Source of the DNA: Planctomycetota bacterium
GTDB lineage: Bacteria > Planctomycetota > B15-G4 > SIAN01
NCBI GenBank assembly: GCA_036732755.1
Contig: DAINBU010000005.1
Coordinates: 3,872-67,871 of the forward strand
Direction: 5' to 3'
Length of the DNA stretch: 64,000 nucleotides
Shown here: piece after piece, positions 7,454 to 16,137 of the stretch
Layout of the letters: each line of letters starts with the position of its first letter
Numbering within the stretch: the stretch's first letter is position 1
The notes under the pieces: model-generated
Told to the model about the DNA's origin: nothing
What the model saw: only the letters and a program-made list of their open reading frames with translations
Databases searched by the model: none
Program-made: the position numbers and the translations under genes

Positions 7454-10210
7454 TCAGCCGTCGTCGGACCGCGACAGCTCCTGCCAGACCGCGTCGACCT
7501 CGTCGGCGTGGACCACGATCGAGAGCTTCGCCGGCGTCTCGCTCGCTTCGCCGAGCGTCGAGACGTCCTGCGCGCAGCGCGCGAGCTCGACGCGCCGCGG
7601 CGCGCCGCCCGCGTCGATCTGCGCGAAGAGGCGCAGCTTCCAGCGCTCTCCCTCGTCGAGGGAGAGGCGCGACGTGCCGCCGGGGATGACAGTCGTCGAG
7701 TAGTTGTCGCGGAGCGAGCTCGGCAGCGGCCGCGACGAATCGGCGGCGACGATCCAGTGCAGGTCGTAGCAGTGCGGCGCCTCGCCCGCGTCGAGCGCGA
7801 TCTCGACGTCGCGCTGCTCGAGGGGCTCGAGGACGATGGTGACGTCGCCGCGCCCGTGCAGCTCGTGGACGCGCTTGAAGCTGACGGCGTCGACGTCGAT
7901 CCACGCCGATTCGAGGGACGATTCGAACGTCGACTCCCCCGTCGCGACGTAGTCGTTACGCCATGGTTCGGACGGGGCCTCCGGCGGCGCGAGGCGGACC
8001 CACGCTGTCGGCGGCGGCGCGCCATCGCTGCGCGACAGGTGGATCCGCCACGTGACCCGTTCGCGCACGACCGTGAGCGGCGCGAGGCGCGGGTCGACCG
8101 TGACCTCGCCGGGACGGACCTCGAGGTCGTCGACCCTCGCGATGACGCCGGAGCGCGGGCTGTTCGGGGTCGAGGTGACGAGGACGTCGTAGCGGCCGGG
8201 CCGCAGCTCGAACGTGAACGCCCAGTTCGAGATGCTTTCGTCGGTGTCGCGCCGCGCGAAGGCGCGCTGCAGGACGGCTTCCGGGAGCGACGCGGACCTC
8301 TCGCCCGGTCTTGTCGCGCGCGCGGACGCATAGAGCATGACGGTGAAGTCGGCGGAGACCGTCCCGAGGATCCGCCCGGTCCGCGGAAGCGCGACCTCGA
8401 GCTCGCGGTCGTCGGCGGGCAGGTTCTCGAGGGTCGACGCGTATCCGGGCGGCGGGGTGAAGAGGAGCTTCGTCGGCGATTCCTGCACTGTCCCGACCAG
8501 CGCGAAGGTCCCGTCGGCGGCGCTCTTCGCCCGCGGGCCCATCGGCGTGATCGTCCCCGGGAAGAGCAGGAACGCCCCCGTGAGCGCGACGTCGACGCCC
8601 GCGATCGGCCGCCGCAGGTCGTCGACGACGCGCCCCGCGGCGAGGACCGGGACGATCTCGACCGCGACGTCGCCGACGTCGGTCACCGGCTCGACGAGCT
8701 CCTCGGGCGGGGTGACGCGCGCCTCGAAGCCGACCGCGTGCGCGCGCTCGAAGCCGCGCAGGACGATCGCCGCGATCCGCAGCCCGTCGTGCGACGAGAC
8801 GTCGATCTCGAACGTCCCGTCGTCGCGCGCGTCCACCGCGATCGGGAAACCCATCGGCTCCCGCGGCGTCCGGACGCGGGACGCTGCGTCGTCTCGCTTG
8901 GATTCGGGGAGCGCGGCCTCGGCCGTGAGATCGCCGACCATCCCGGGAATCGGCCCGTGCGGCAGCGGCAGGCCGACAAGCCGGCCGCGCAGGACGCGGC
9001 GATCGAGCTCCGGGTCGAAGTCGACGCGCACGACCTCGCCGGCCGCGCTCGGCCCGTCGATCGACCGCTTCACCGTCTTCCCGCCTTCGAGGCGCGCCGA
9101 AACGACGAACCGCGCGCCGAGCGCCACGGGCGCGATGCGGGCGACCCCCTGCTCGATCGGCCGGCGCTGGATGCTCCCGCCGTCGATTTCGCGGCGGCCC
9201 GAGAAGACGAACGTGCCGCGCGGCCGGCCCACTTCGACCTGCACGTCACCGCCGATCTTGCGCGCGCGGCCGCTCGCGTCGACGACGCGCACTTCGAGCG
9301 CGCCGTACGGCTCGTCGAGCCGCACGCGCACTGGTTTCTCCGGCGGCGCCGCTTCGTCGAATTCGACCCAGCCGCGCACCTTCGACGAGCCGACGTATGG
9401 CACGAGTGCGCCGATCACGTACTTCCCGCTTCGCGCCGCCAGCTGCAGCTGCCGCGCGCGCACGAGGTCGACCCCGATCAGGCGCGCGCGCCCGCGCCCG
9501 TCGCTCGCCGCGCCCTCGTCGTACTGGATCCACTGCGCCCAGTGGTCCTCGCCCTTCAGCGCCGGATCGGGCTCGTGATGCGCCGCGAGCGCGACGCGGA
9601 CGTCGCGCACCGGCGCCTCGTTCGAGTCGACGACCTCGACCAGGACGTCGCACGCGCGCAACAGCCGCAGATCCATCGTCCCGCGCCCCGCTTCGTAGAG
9701 GCGCGCCGCGCCGCGCAGCTCGCCCGCCATGCCGAAGAGCAGGACGTCGAAGGCCGGGACGACGATGCGCGCCTCCCCCTTCGCGTCGGCGAGGTAGCCG
9801 CGCGCATGCGCAGCCCCGAGCCGGCGCGGGTCCTCGACCAGCGGCCGCGCGACGTCGAAGAGCGCTCCGGTGCGCGAATCGGGATCGGGCACCGCGTAGA
9901 CGCGCGCGCCCGCGACCGGTCGCCCGTCCGCTTCGGCGACGACACGGACGAGCAGTCCGTCGGGAGGTCCCGGCTCGCATGGCGGAACGCCGAAGTCGGA
10001 GGCGTCTTCGGCGGGAGCTCGCGTCGCGCGCTCCGACTCACCGTCGACCGCAGTGCCGATGTGGGCGCTCGACGTTGTCCCTGACGCGCTTCGCGTCGGC
10101 TCGTCGTCACGGCCGCCGCTACGCAGCATCCAGTATGCGCCGCCGACCACCGCGCCGACCGCAACCGTGAGCGCGGCGATCGAATGCGGACGGTGCGACG
10201 AGGAGTCCAC
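7454..10210 (-). CDS. Membrane-anchored protein with carboxypeptidase-regulatory-like domains, 918 aa (paralog of 5590-7383)
   Basis: N-terminal TM and repeated DGRPVAGARV / GRVVDDLRRPIAGVDV motifs. Shared blocks RPGRYDV, DGAPPP and SAWIDV.AVSFKRVH. Confidence 0.72.
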   Translation of the reverse strand: MDSSSHRPHSIAALTVAVGAVVGGAYWMLRSGGRDDEPTRSASGTTSSAHIGTAVDGESERATRAPAEDASDFGVPPCEPGPPDGLLVRVVAEADGRPVAGARVYAVPDPDSRTGALFDVARPLVEDPRRLGAAHARGYLADAKGEARIVVPAFDVLLFGMAGELRGAARLYEAGRGTMDLRLLRACDVLVEVVDSNEAPVRDVRVALAAHHEPDPALKGEDHWAQWIQYDEGAASDGRGRARLIGVDLVRARQLQLAARSGKYVIGALVPYVGSSKVRGWVEFDEAAPPEKPVRVRLDEPYGALEVRVVDASGRARKIGGDVQVEVGRPRGTFVFSGRREIDGGSIQRRPIEQGVARIAPVALGARFVVSARLEGGKTVKRSIDGPSAAGEVVRVDFDPELDRRVLRGRLVGLPLPHGPIPGMVGDLTAEAALPESKRDDAASRVRTPREPMGFPIAVDARDDGTFEIDVSSHDGLRIAAIVLRGFERAHAVGFEARVTPPEELVEPVTDVGDVAVEIVPVLAAGRVVDDLRRPIAGVDVALTGAFLLFPGTITPMGPRAKSAADGTFALVGTVQESPTKLLFTPPPGYASTLENLPADDRELEVALPRTGRILGTVSADFTVMLYASARATRPGERSASLPEAVLQRAFARRDTDESISNWAFTFELRPGRYDVLVTSTPNSPRSGVIARVDDLEVRPGEVTVDPRLAPLTVVRERVTWRIHLSRSDGAPPPTAWVRLAPPEAPSEPWRNDYVATGESTFESSLESAWIDVDAVSFKRVHELHGRGDVTIVLEPLEQRDVEIALDAGEAPHCYDLHWIVAADSSRPLPSSLRDNYSTTVIPGGTSRLSLDEGERWKLRLFAQIDAGGAPRRVELARCAQDVSTLGEASETPAKLSIVVHADEVDAVWQELSRSDDG

Positions 10211-10218
10211 GCCGCGAG

Positions 10219-10253
10219 ATCATTCGATCCCGCGGTGGACTCGGCAAGGTCGC
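10219..10253 (-). promoter_or_regulatory. Putative sigma70-type leaderless promoter GCGACC-TTGCCG-N17-AATGAT, 8 nt before the GTG
   Basis: Mirrors 7390-7424 and lies in the 3' end of the upstream gene. Confidence 0.55.
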
Positions 10254-11386
10254 GCGCTCGGCCGCGGGACGGTTCTTCGCGCAGGAGCGAGTGGGCCGGC
10301 GCCGGCTCGCCGCGCCGCTCGCGATCGTCGCGGGAGGGGTCCCGCGGGTCGGGTGAATGGCGTGAGGCGCGGGATCCAGGCGCGCACTTCGTCGAGGTAG
10401 GCGCGCCCCGCCGCGCCGAAGCGCCGCTCGAGTTCGTGCCGCTCGTAGCTGCGGAAGACGACGAGCGCGACGACGAAGAGGTCGAGCAGATAGATCGCGC
10501 GCGGCCACGTCGGCCGTTCGGCGAAGCACGCGGCGCCGAGCAGCAGGCCCGCGATCTGGATCGGGTTGGCGACGTGGGCGTAGAGGCCGCTCGTGACCAG
10601 GCGGCGCGGCGGATCCCACGGGATCGGCGTGCCGCCGCCGCGGAGCGCGAGTTCGGCGATGGCGAGGCCGCCGAGGACGACGCCCAGAGCCGAGAGTGCG
10701 AGCGCCACGACGTCGAACGAGCGGGTCGGCCCGACGCGCGCGAGACGATCCACGAGCGGCGGCAGCCAGACGAAGAAGAGCCACACGAAGCCGCCCGCCC
10801 ACGCCGCGCTGCGCAGGAGCGGCGACGCCGCGCGCAGGCCGGCGAGGTCGATGCACTCGCCCGCGTCGTGGCCGATCGAGCGCTCGAGCCAGAGCGTCAC
10901 GCCGAGCACCGACGCGAGGAACGCGACGTCGGCGATCCACCACCACGGCGCGGCGGAGCGCACGAACAGCATCCAATGTCGGATCAGCACGTCGAACGCG
11001 ACCGTCACGACGATCCACGCGACGAGGTAGAGCAGCGGCCCGCGCCACCCCCTTGGCCGGCGGAAGATCCGGCGCGCGATCCAGACGAAGCCGAAACCCC
11101 ACAAGAGCGTCCAGTTCACGTGCAGGTCGATCGGCACGCCGTGCCACGTCCCCCCCATCGGCCGGTAGTGCCACGCGCCGAATTGGACGAGGAGGGCGTC
11201 CGCGTCGAGCCCGAACCAGAACTGGAACCACGCCGCGAGCGCGGCGCGGCGCAGCTCGACAGGCGTCGGCTTGATCCACGCCTTCAGCAGCCACCACCAC
11301 CCGAACGAGCAGAAGAACATCGCCGCGCGCACCAGCGTGAGGTGCGCGTCGCACCACGCACGCAGCGCGTCGACGCTCGCGTTCAC
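10220..11386 (-). CDS. Isoprenylcysteine carboxylmethyltransferase/PEMT-family membrane methyltransferase with N-terminal membrane domain
   Basis: Likely start is GTG 11386 (GTGA overlap with the upstream stop). Motifs GGTPIPWDPPRRLVTSGLYAHVANPIQ and E..L...FG..Y...V..WIP. Confidence 0.8.
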   Translation of the reverse strand: MNASVDALRAWCDAHLTLVRAAMFFCSFGWWWLLKAWIKPTPVELRRAALAAWFQFWFGLDADALLVQFGAWHYRPMGGTWHGVPIDLHVNWTLLWGFGFVWIARRIFRRPRGWRGPLLYLVAWIVVTVAFDVLIRHWMLFVRSAAPWWWIADVAFLASVLGVTLWLERSIGHDAGECIDLAGLRAASPLLRSAAWAGGFVWLFFVWLPPLVDRLARVGPTRSFDVVALALSALGVVLGGLAIAELALRGGGTPIPWDPPRRLVTSGLYAHVANPIQIAGLLLGAACFAERPTWPRAIYLLDLFVVALVVFRSYERHELERRFGAAGRAYLDEVRAWIPRLTPFTRPAGPLPRRSRAARRAGAGPLAPARRTVPRPSARPCRVHRGIE

Positions 11387-12507
11387 GGCGAGACCGCCGC
11401 ATGCGCCGCGTCCCGCGCGAGGTGGCGGCGGCGCGCGTCGCTCCAGGAATCGATCGCGAGCCGCTGCGCCGCCTCGATCGCCCAGCGCTCGGCGGTGTCG
11501 AAGTACCAGTGCGGCGCGAGGAGCGGCACGAAGACGGTCGTCTGCTCGACGTCGACCTTGCCGGGCTCGCGCGCGTTCGCGCGCACGCGCACGCGATGCT
11601 CGCGCAGTTCGAGCCAGGTCGAGATCATCGTCGTGTCGGCGAGCTTCACGAAGTCGATGCCGTCGGGCTGGACGGCCCGCGCGAGGCGCCACTCGCCGCC
11701 CGGCATCGGCTGCGGGTGGAAGGTCAGCGTCGCGACGTCGCCGTCGGCGTCGTAGGCGACCGGCAGCGGGAAGCCGAGCTTCAGCAGCGCGCTGTCGGTC
11801 GCGGCCGGGAGGACCGGCGCGCGCACGAGGACGCGCCACTCGTCGGGCGTGCCGTCGACCGTCGTCACGCTGCGCACGACGATCGGAGCGGCGGGGCCGG
11901 GGGCGACGCGCCGTTCGACCCAGCCCCACGCGACGGGCAGGAGGATCCACGCGAAGCAGAAGAGGTCGCGGTGGCGGCGGTGGTCGCGATCGCGGTCGCG
12001 CCGCTGGTCGAACCCGGTGAAGAGCGCGCGGATCAGGACGGCCACGAACGCGATCAGCGCCACGACGCCGAGGAAGAGCGGCGCCGCCATCAGGAGGCAG
12101 ACCGACCCCTCGCCGAGCACCGGCGCCACGATCGCGAGGAAGATCACGCTGGTCTGCATCGCCAGGCCGAGCGGCGACGAGGTGCGCGTGAGCTGGATCG
12201 TGAGCACGCCGAGCAGCATCGGCAGGCCGACGAAGAAGGCGGTGGTGTCGCGCAGCCGGCCGACGGTCAGGAACTGCATCGCGATCGCGGCGCCGCCGGT
12301 GACCGCGAGGAGCGCGAGGAACACGACGCGGAGCGAGCGCGGCAGGCGGACCTTCGGCGGCCCCCACTTGTCGGCGAGCACTTCGACGCGGCGGCGCGAC
12401 TCCGCGACCCGGGCGCGGCCGAGCGCGCGGCGGCGCGCGCACTCGGCCTCGGTCGGCGGCGTCCTGCCCGCGCGGCGCGCGTCGTCCTCGCTCGGGAGCG
12501 GATCCAT
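11383..12507 (-). CDS. Membrane protein with probable C-terminal SRPBCC/START-like domain
   Basis: Start ATG 12507 with AGGAG RBS. Several TM helices including GEGSVCLLMAAPLFL, then a soluble domain (IVVRSVTTVDGTPDEW..LKLGFPLP). The domain call is tentative. Confidence 0.55.
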   Translation of the reverse strand: MDPLPSEDDARRAGRTPPTEAECARRRALGRARVAESRRRVEVLADKWGPPKVRLPRSLRVVFLALLAVTGGAAIAMQFLTVGRLRDTTAFFVGLPMLLGVLTIQLTRTSSPLGLAMQTSVIFLAIVAPVLGEGSVCLLMAAPLFLGVVALIAFVAVLIRALFTGFDQRRDRDRDHRRHRDLFCFAWILLPVAWGWVERRVAPGPAAPIVVRSVTTVDGTPDEWRVLVRAPVLPAATDSALLKLGFPLPVAYDADGDVATLTFHPQPMPGGEWRLARAVQPDGIDFVKLADTTMISTWLELREHRVRVRANAREPGKVDVEQTTVFVPLLAPHWYFDTAERWAIEAAQRLAIDSWSDARRRHLARDAAHAAVSP

Positions 12508-12601
12508 CGGGGGCTCCTGTCGGAGTGGCCGCTGGCGCCGCGCCCTTCGCCGCGCCATCCTCTCGGCCCGTCCGATTCCTGGATCGGTCGAACCGTCACA
12601 C

Positions 12602-12621
12602 ATTTCAAGTTTTTCTGAAAT
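12602..12621. promoter_or_regulatory. Palindromic operator candidate ATTTCA-N8-TGAAAT
   Basis: Perfect 6-bp inverted repeat in the AT-rich patch between the divergent starts 12507(-) and 12656(+). Confidence 0.6.
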
Positions 12622-12655
12622 TACCGGAAAGTCAAGTGCCGAGAAGAGGAGTCCC

Positions 12656-13195
12656 GTGAGCGAGCTCGACGATCTCAAGGCCGCCTTCGTGAACCTCTGG
12701 GGCCGGATGGGCCCGCTCTGGGGCATCCCCCCGACCGCGGCGCGCGTCTACGGCTGGCTGATCGCGAGCGCCGAAGCCGCCGACGCCGAGACGATCGCCG
12801 GCGCCCTCGAGCTCTCGCGCGGCGGCGTCTCGATGGCGCTGAAGGAGCTGCGCGACTGGGGCCTGATCGTGGTCGCGCGCGCCCCCGGCTCGCGCCGCGA
12901 CCTCTTCGGCCCCGAGGACGACCTCGAGCGGGCCATGCGCAACATCGTCACCTGGCGCAAGCGCCGCGAGTGGGACCCGATGCTGCACGACTTCCGCGAC
13001 TGGATCCCGCGCCTCGACAAGGAGAGGAGCGCCGCCGCCGCCGTCTTCCGGCGCCGCCTCGCCGAGATGGAGGCGATGGCCACGCTGGTCGACGGGATGA
13101 CCAACCAGTTCCTGGCCGGCGGGACGCTGCAGAAGATCGGGCTGAAGGCGATGCTGACGATGGCGAAGGTGACGGGGAGGAGGCGGCGCGGTTGA
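12656..13195 (+). CDS. GbsR/MarR family transcriptional regulator
   Basis: GTG start with GAGGAG RBS. Winged-HTH pattern WGRMGPLWGIPPTAARVYGWL..LELSRGGVSMALKELRDWGL. Confidence 0.88.
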   Translation: MSELDDLKAAFVNLWGRMGPLWGIPPTAARVYGWLIASAEAADAETIAGALELSRGGVSMALKELRDWGLIVVARAPGSRRDLFGPEDDLERAMRNIVTWRKRREWDPMLHDFRDWIPRLDKERSAAAAVFRRRLAEMEAMATLVDGMTNQFLAGGTLQKIGLKAMLTMAKVTGRRRRG

Positions 13196-13285
13196 GCGCG
13201 CGCGGTCGCACCGGCCAGAAATGCGCCGGGCGATCGTGCGGACCGTGGTTTCCGCGACGACCGCCCGGGTCCATCCAATATCGGA

Positions 13286-13849
13286 TCAGCGGAAGAGGTC
13301 GGCCCCCCAGCGGCACGGCCCGATCTCTCGGAGCGGAGGATTCATCGACTCCCAGAGATGCGGGTCGTCCAGTACGTCCAGCGCCATGGGATAGAGGATC
13401 TCGTTCTCCTTCGCGATGTGGTCACGCAGGCGCGAAGACAGGCTGCCACCCGCCTCCGCGATCTCTTCGGAATCGGGATGCTCGACCGCGACGGCCGCGG
13501 CGAGCCGCACCTCGAGCGCGTGGAGCTCGCGGTGCTCCATGCGCATGACGCGGGGCGGCATCGCGACGCCGCGCCGCTCCAGCGCAGTGAACAGCACCGC
13601 CTCCTCGCGGTCATGGTGGGGCTTCGCGTCGAGGAGATTGCGGACGATCTCGGCGATCTCGCGCGCGACGTCGCGCGCGCGCGGCGTCCCGACGTCGTCG
13701 CGGAACTGCTCGATCAGGTCGTCGAGACGGTCGACGAAGCCCAGGATCCGCTCGTGCTCCTCGACGAAGACCGAGATCGGGTGGCTGGCCGGGAGGACCT
13801 CGAAGCGCCGGCGGACCGGCGGCGACAGGGTCGGGGCGAAGCGGGTCAT
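13286..13849 (-). CDS. Hemerythrin (HHE) domain-containing protein
   Basis: Start ATG 13849 with GGAG RBS. Motifs EEHERI, HHDREEAVLF, MRMEHREL and HIAKENEILYPMA. Confidence 0.85.
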   Translation of the reverse strand: MTRFAPTLSPPVRRRFEVLPASHPISVFVEEHERILGFVDRLDDLIEQFRDDVGTPRARDVAREIAEIVRNLLDAKPHHDREEAVLFTALERRGVAMPPRVMRMEHRELHALEVRLAAAVAVEHPDSEEIAEAGGSLSSRLRDHIAKENEILYPMALDVLDDPHLWESMNPPLREIGPCRWGADLFR

Positions 13850-14038
13850 GGACGATCTCCCGGTGGCGTCGAGCGGCGATCGGTGGAAATCCGCGGCGAG
13901 ACTCCCGACGCCTCGGCAACGTCGATGCCGCGAAAAGCGCCCCCGGGGCGCCGCCGTTCGCGACGCCGACGCGCGCGTCCCCGCGGGCAATGCCGCCCGC
14001 CGCCCTGGGAAATGCCGCGCGAGGCGAAACCCCGAGCG

Positions 14039-16090
14039 TCAGCCGTCCGACTTCGGGAAGACCACTTCGACGCCCGGCCGGCCGAACCACGCGCGCAGCA
14101 GGCGGCGGCCGTCGTTCACGAGGATCGAGTCCTCGCTGTCGCAGCCGACGAGCTCGACGTGCTCGGCGAGGCCGGTGTTCGCGACCTCGAAGCGGCGCCG
14201 TTCGAGGTCGAAGCGGGCGAAGACGACGCGCTTCCATCCCAGGTCGGCGAGAGACATCACGGGAACACCTGAAGGTGTCCTCGCCTGGATGAAGACCGCG
14301 ACGCCTTCCCAACTTCGCGTGGCCTCGGGCAGCTCGATCGATTCGCGCGCGCCGGTGTCGGGATCGAGGAGCGCGAGGCGCGGCGCGAACGGCTCGGCCT
14401 TCGGCCGCGCGACCGTCGCGACGAAGAGGCGGCCGTCGTCGGCCATGCCGTGAATACTCTCGAGATGCTTCTCGTCGCTCGCGAGTCCGACGATCGGCGC
14501 GACGGTCCGCGCGTCCGGATCCCAGCGCAGCCACTCGCCCCCCGTCACGCCGCCGCGACTCGACGTCCGCACGGGGTTCCAGACGACGCATTGGCCGGCG
14601 TGGATCCAGCGGACGGACAGCGGCTCGGGAACAGCGAAGCGGCGCTCGCGCAGGACGTCGTAGTACTCGCCGCGTCCGAGCAGGACGCCGTGGCCGAACG
14701 AGCTCCCGGTCAGCACGATCCGGTTCGAAGGCGTGACGTCCGAATCGGGGAGCGCGCGCACCGTGCCGCTCGCGTCGCTGCGCACGACGTGGCCGCGTTC
14801 GATCCAGGCGCGCCCGCCGTCGGGCAGCACGAGCGCGTTCGCGAGCCGCTGCTGGCGCGCGCCGGCGTCGTCGCGCGCCGATGCGAAGGCCTCGTCGAGG
14901 TCGGCGCGGAAGGGGGCGCCGGTGTCGGCGTCGAGCAGCGGCACCAAGCGCGAATCGTGGTGCGCGCGTCCGGCCTCGGGCCCGAAGTGCGCCGGCCGCA
15001 TCGCCGCGGCGGGATCATCGATGCAAACGAACGGCGCGCAGCTGTGGATCGTCGCGCCGCCGAGGATTCCGACGCGTGCGCCGACGGCGGCGATCGCATG
15101 CGAAGTCCCGTCGACCAGGTCGACGCGCAGGGCGTGCGTCGGACGGACTCCGGGCTCCGGGAGCACCGTGAGGCGAGGAGGAGCGTCGTCGGTCGCGTTC
15201 CAGACGTTGACGTAGGCGAAGCGGCCGTTCGTGGAGACGCAGCTCCAGAGCCCGATCCGGAACGTCGGGTCGTGCACCTCGAGGCGGCGGAAGTCGGCGA
15301 CGCGCATCGCCGTCCACGCATACCCCGGCGTGAACAGCGCGAGCGCCGCGACGCCGCCGATCCACGCCGCGCGCCAGCGGCCGCGCTCGACCATGCGGCC
15401 GCGCGCGAAGGCGAGCGCCGCGACGACGGGCGCCGCGACGACGAGGATCCGTAGCGCCCACGCGAGCGCGTCGCTCGACGTCCGCAGGACCGCGAGCGGC
15501 GAGGACCACGACGCGGTCGCGGTCGCGAGCCCCGCCCAACCGCCGCGCGCCCAAGCGCAGGCGACGAGGATCGGGGCGACGAGCACCCCCAGCACGAACG
15601 CCGCCGCCGGCAGCGCGATCGTGCTGCGCGGGAACGCGATCGAGACGGCGATCGACCAGAGCGGCAGGAGCAGCAGCAGCTCGACCGTCGTCTCGAGCCC
15701 CTTCGCGCCGATCGGATCGGGCGCGACGCCGTGGAACGCCCACGCGAGCAGCGCGGCCGTCCCGTACGTCCACGCCGTGAGCACCGCCGCGGCGAGCAGC
15801 AGGAAGAGGTGCTTCGCGAGGAACGGCGGCGCCCAGCCGCCAGGCTGGCGGCGCAGGAAAGCGAGCGTGTCGCGCCGCTCCTCGCCGGCGAACGCTTCGC
15901 CGAAGAGCGCGAACGCGACCGTCCCGAACGCGGCGAGCGCCGCCATCGCCGGCAATGCGCCGTGGCTCGGGAGGCGCATCGTGACGAGCTCGCACAGCAG
16001 CGTCAGGACCGGGAACGCGAGCGCGATCGCGAGGCAGATGCCGCGGTGCTCGCGCCACTCCTTCCACAGGTGCGTCTTCATCGGGCCCAT
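14039..16090 (-). CDS. ABC-2-type permease fused to a large soluble beta-rich C-terminal domain, about 683 aa
   Basis: LWKEWREH start motif, FAGEERRDTLAFL, about 7 TM helices, then a long non-TM domain. Lies downstream of the ABC ATPase. An alternative GTG start at 16141 is in frame. Confidence 0.75.
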   Translation of the reverse strand: MGPMKTHLWKEWREHRGICLAIALAFPVLTLLCELVTMRLPSHGALPAMAALAAFGTVAFALFGEAFAGEERRDTLAFLRRQPGGWAPPFLAKHLFLLLAAAVLTAWTYGTAALLAWAFHGVAPDPIGAKGLETTVELLLLLPLWSIAVSIAFPRSTIALPAAAFVLGVLVAPILVACAWARGGWAGLATATASWSSPLAVLRTSSDALAWALRILVVAAPVVAALAFARGRMVERGRWRAAWIGGVAALALFTPGYAWTAMRVADFRRLEVHDPTFRIGLWSCVSTNGRFAYVNVWNATDDAPPRLTVLPEPGVRPTHALRVDLVDGTSHAIAAVGARVGILGGATIHSCAPFVCIDDPAAAMRPAHFGPEAGRAHHDSRLVPLLDADTGAPFRADLDEAFASARDDAGARQQRLANALVLPDGGRAWIERGHVVRSDASGTVRALPDSDVTPSNRIVLTGSSFGHGVLLGRGEYYDVLRERRFAVPEPLSVRWIHAGQCVVWNPVRTSSRGGVTGGEWLRWDPDARTVAPIVGLASDEKHLESIHGMADDGRLFVATVARPKAEPFAPRLALLDPDTGARESIELPEATRSWEGVAVFIQARTPSGVPVMSLADLGWKRVVFARFDLERRRFEVANTGLAEHVELVGCDSEDSILVNDGRRLLRAWFGRPGVEVVFPKSDG

Positions 16091-16137
16091 CGCACGGACT
16101 CCGTCGCCGGCGCGCGCCGGGTTGGTTTCGTTCGAGT

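Noticed and set aside
10220-10350. Low-complexity basic tail of the methyltransferase, suggesting a frameshifted lost domain
   Set aside because: I found no recognisable domain in the other two frames, so a frameshift cannot be supported.
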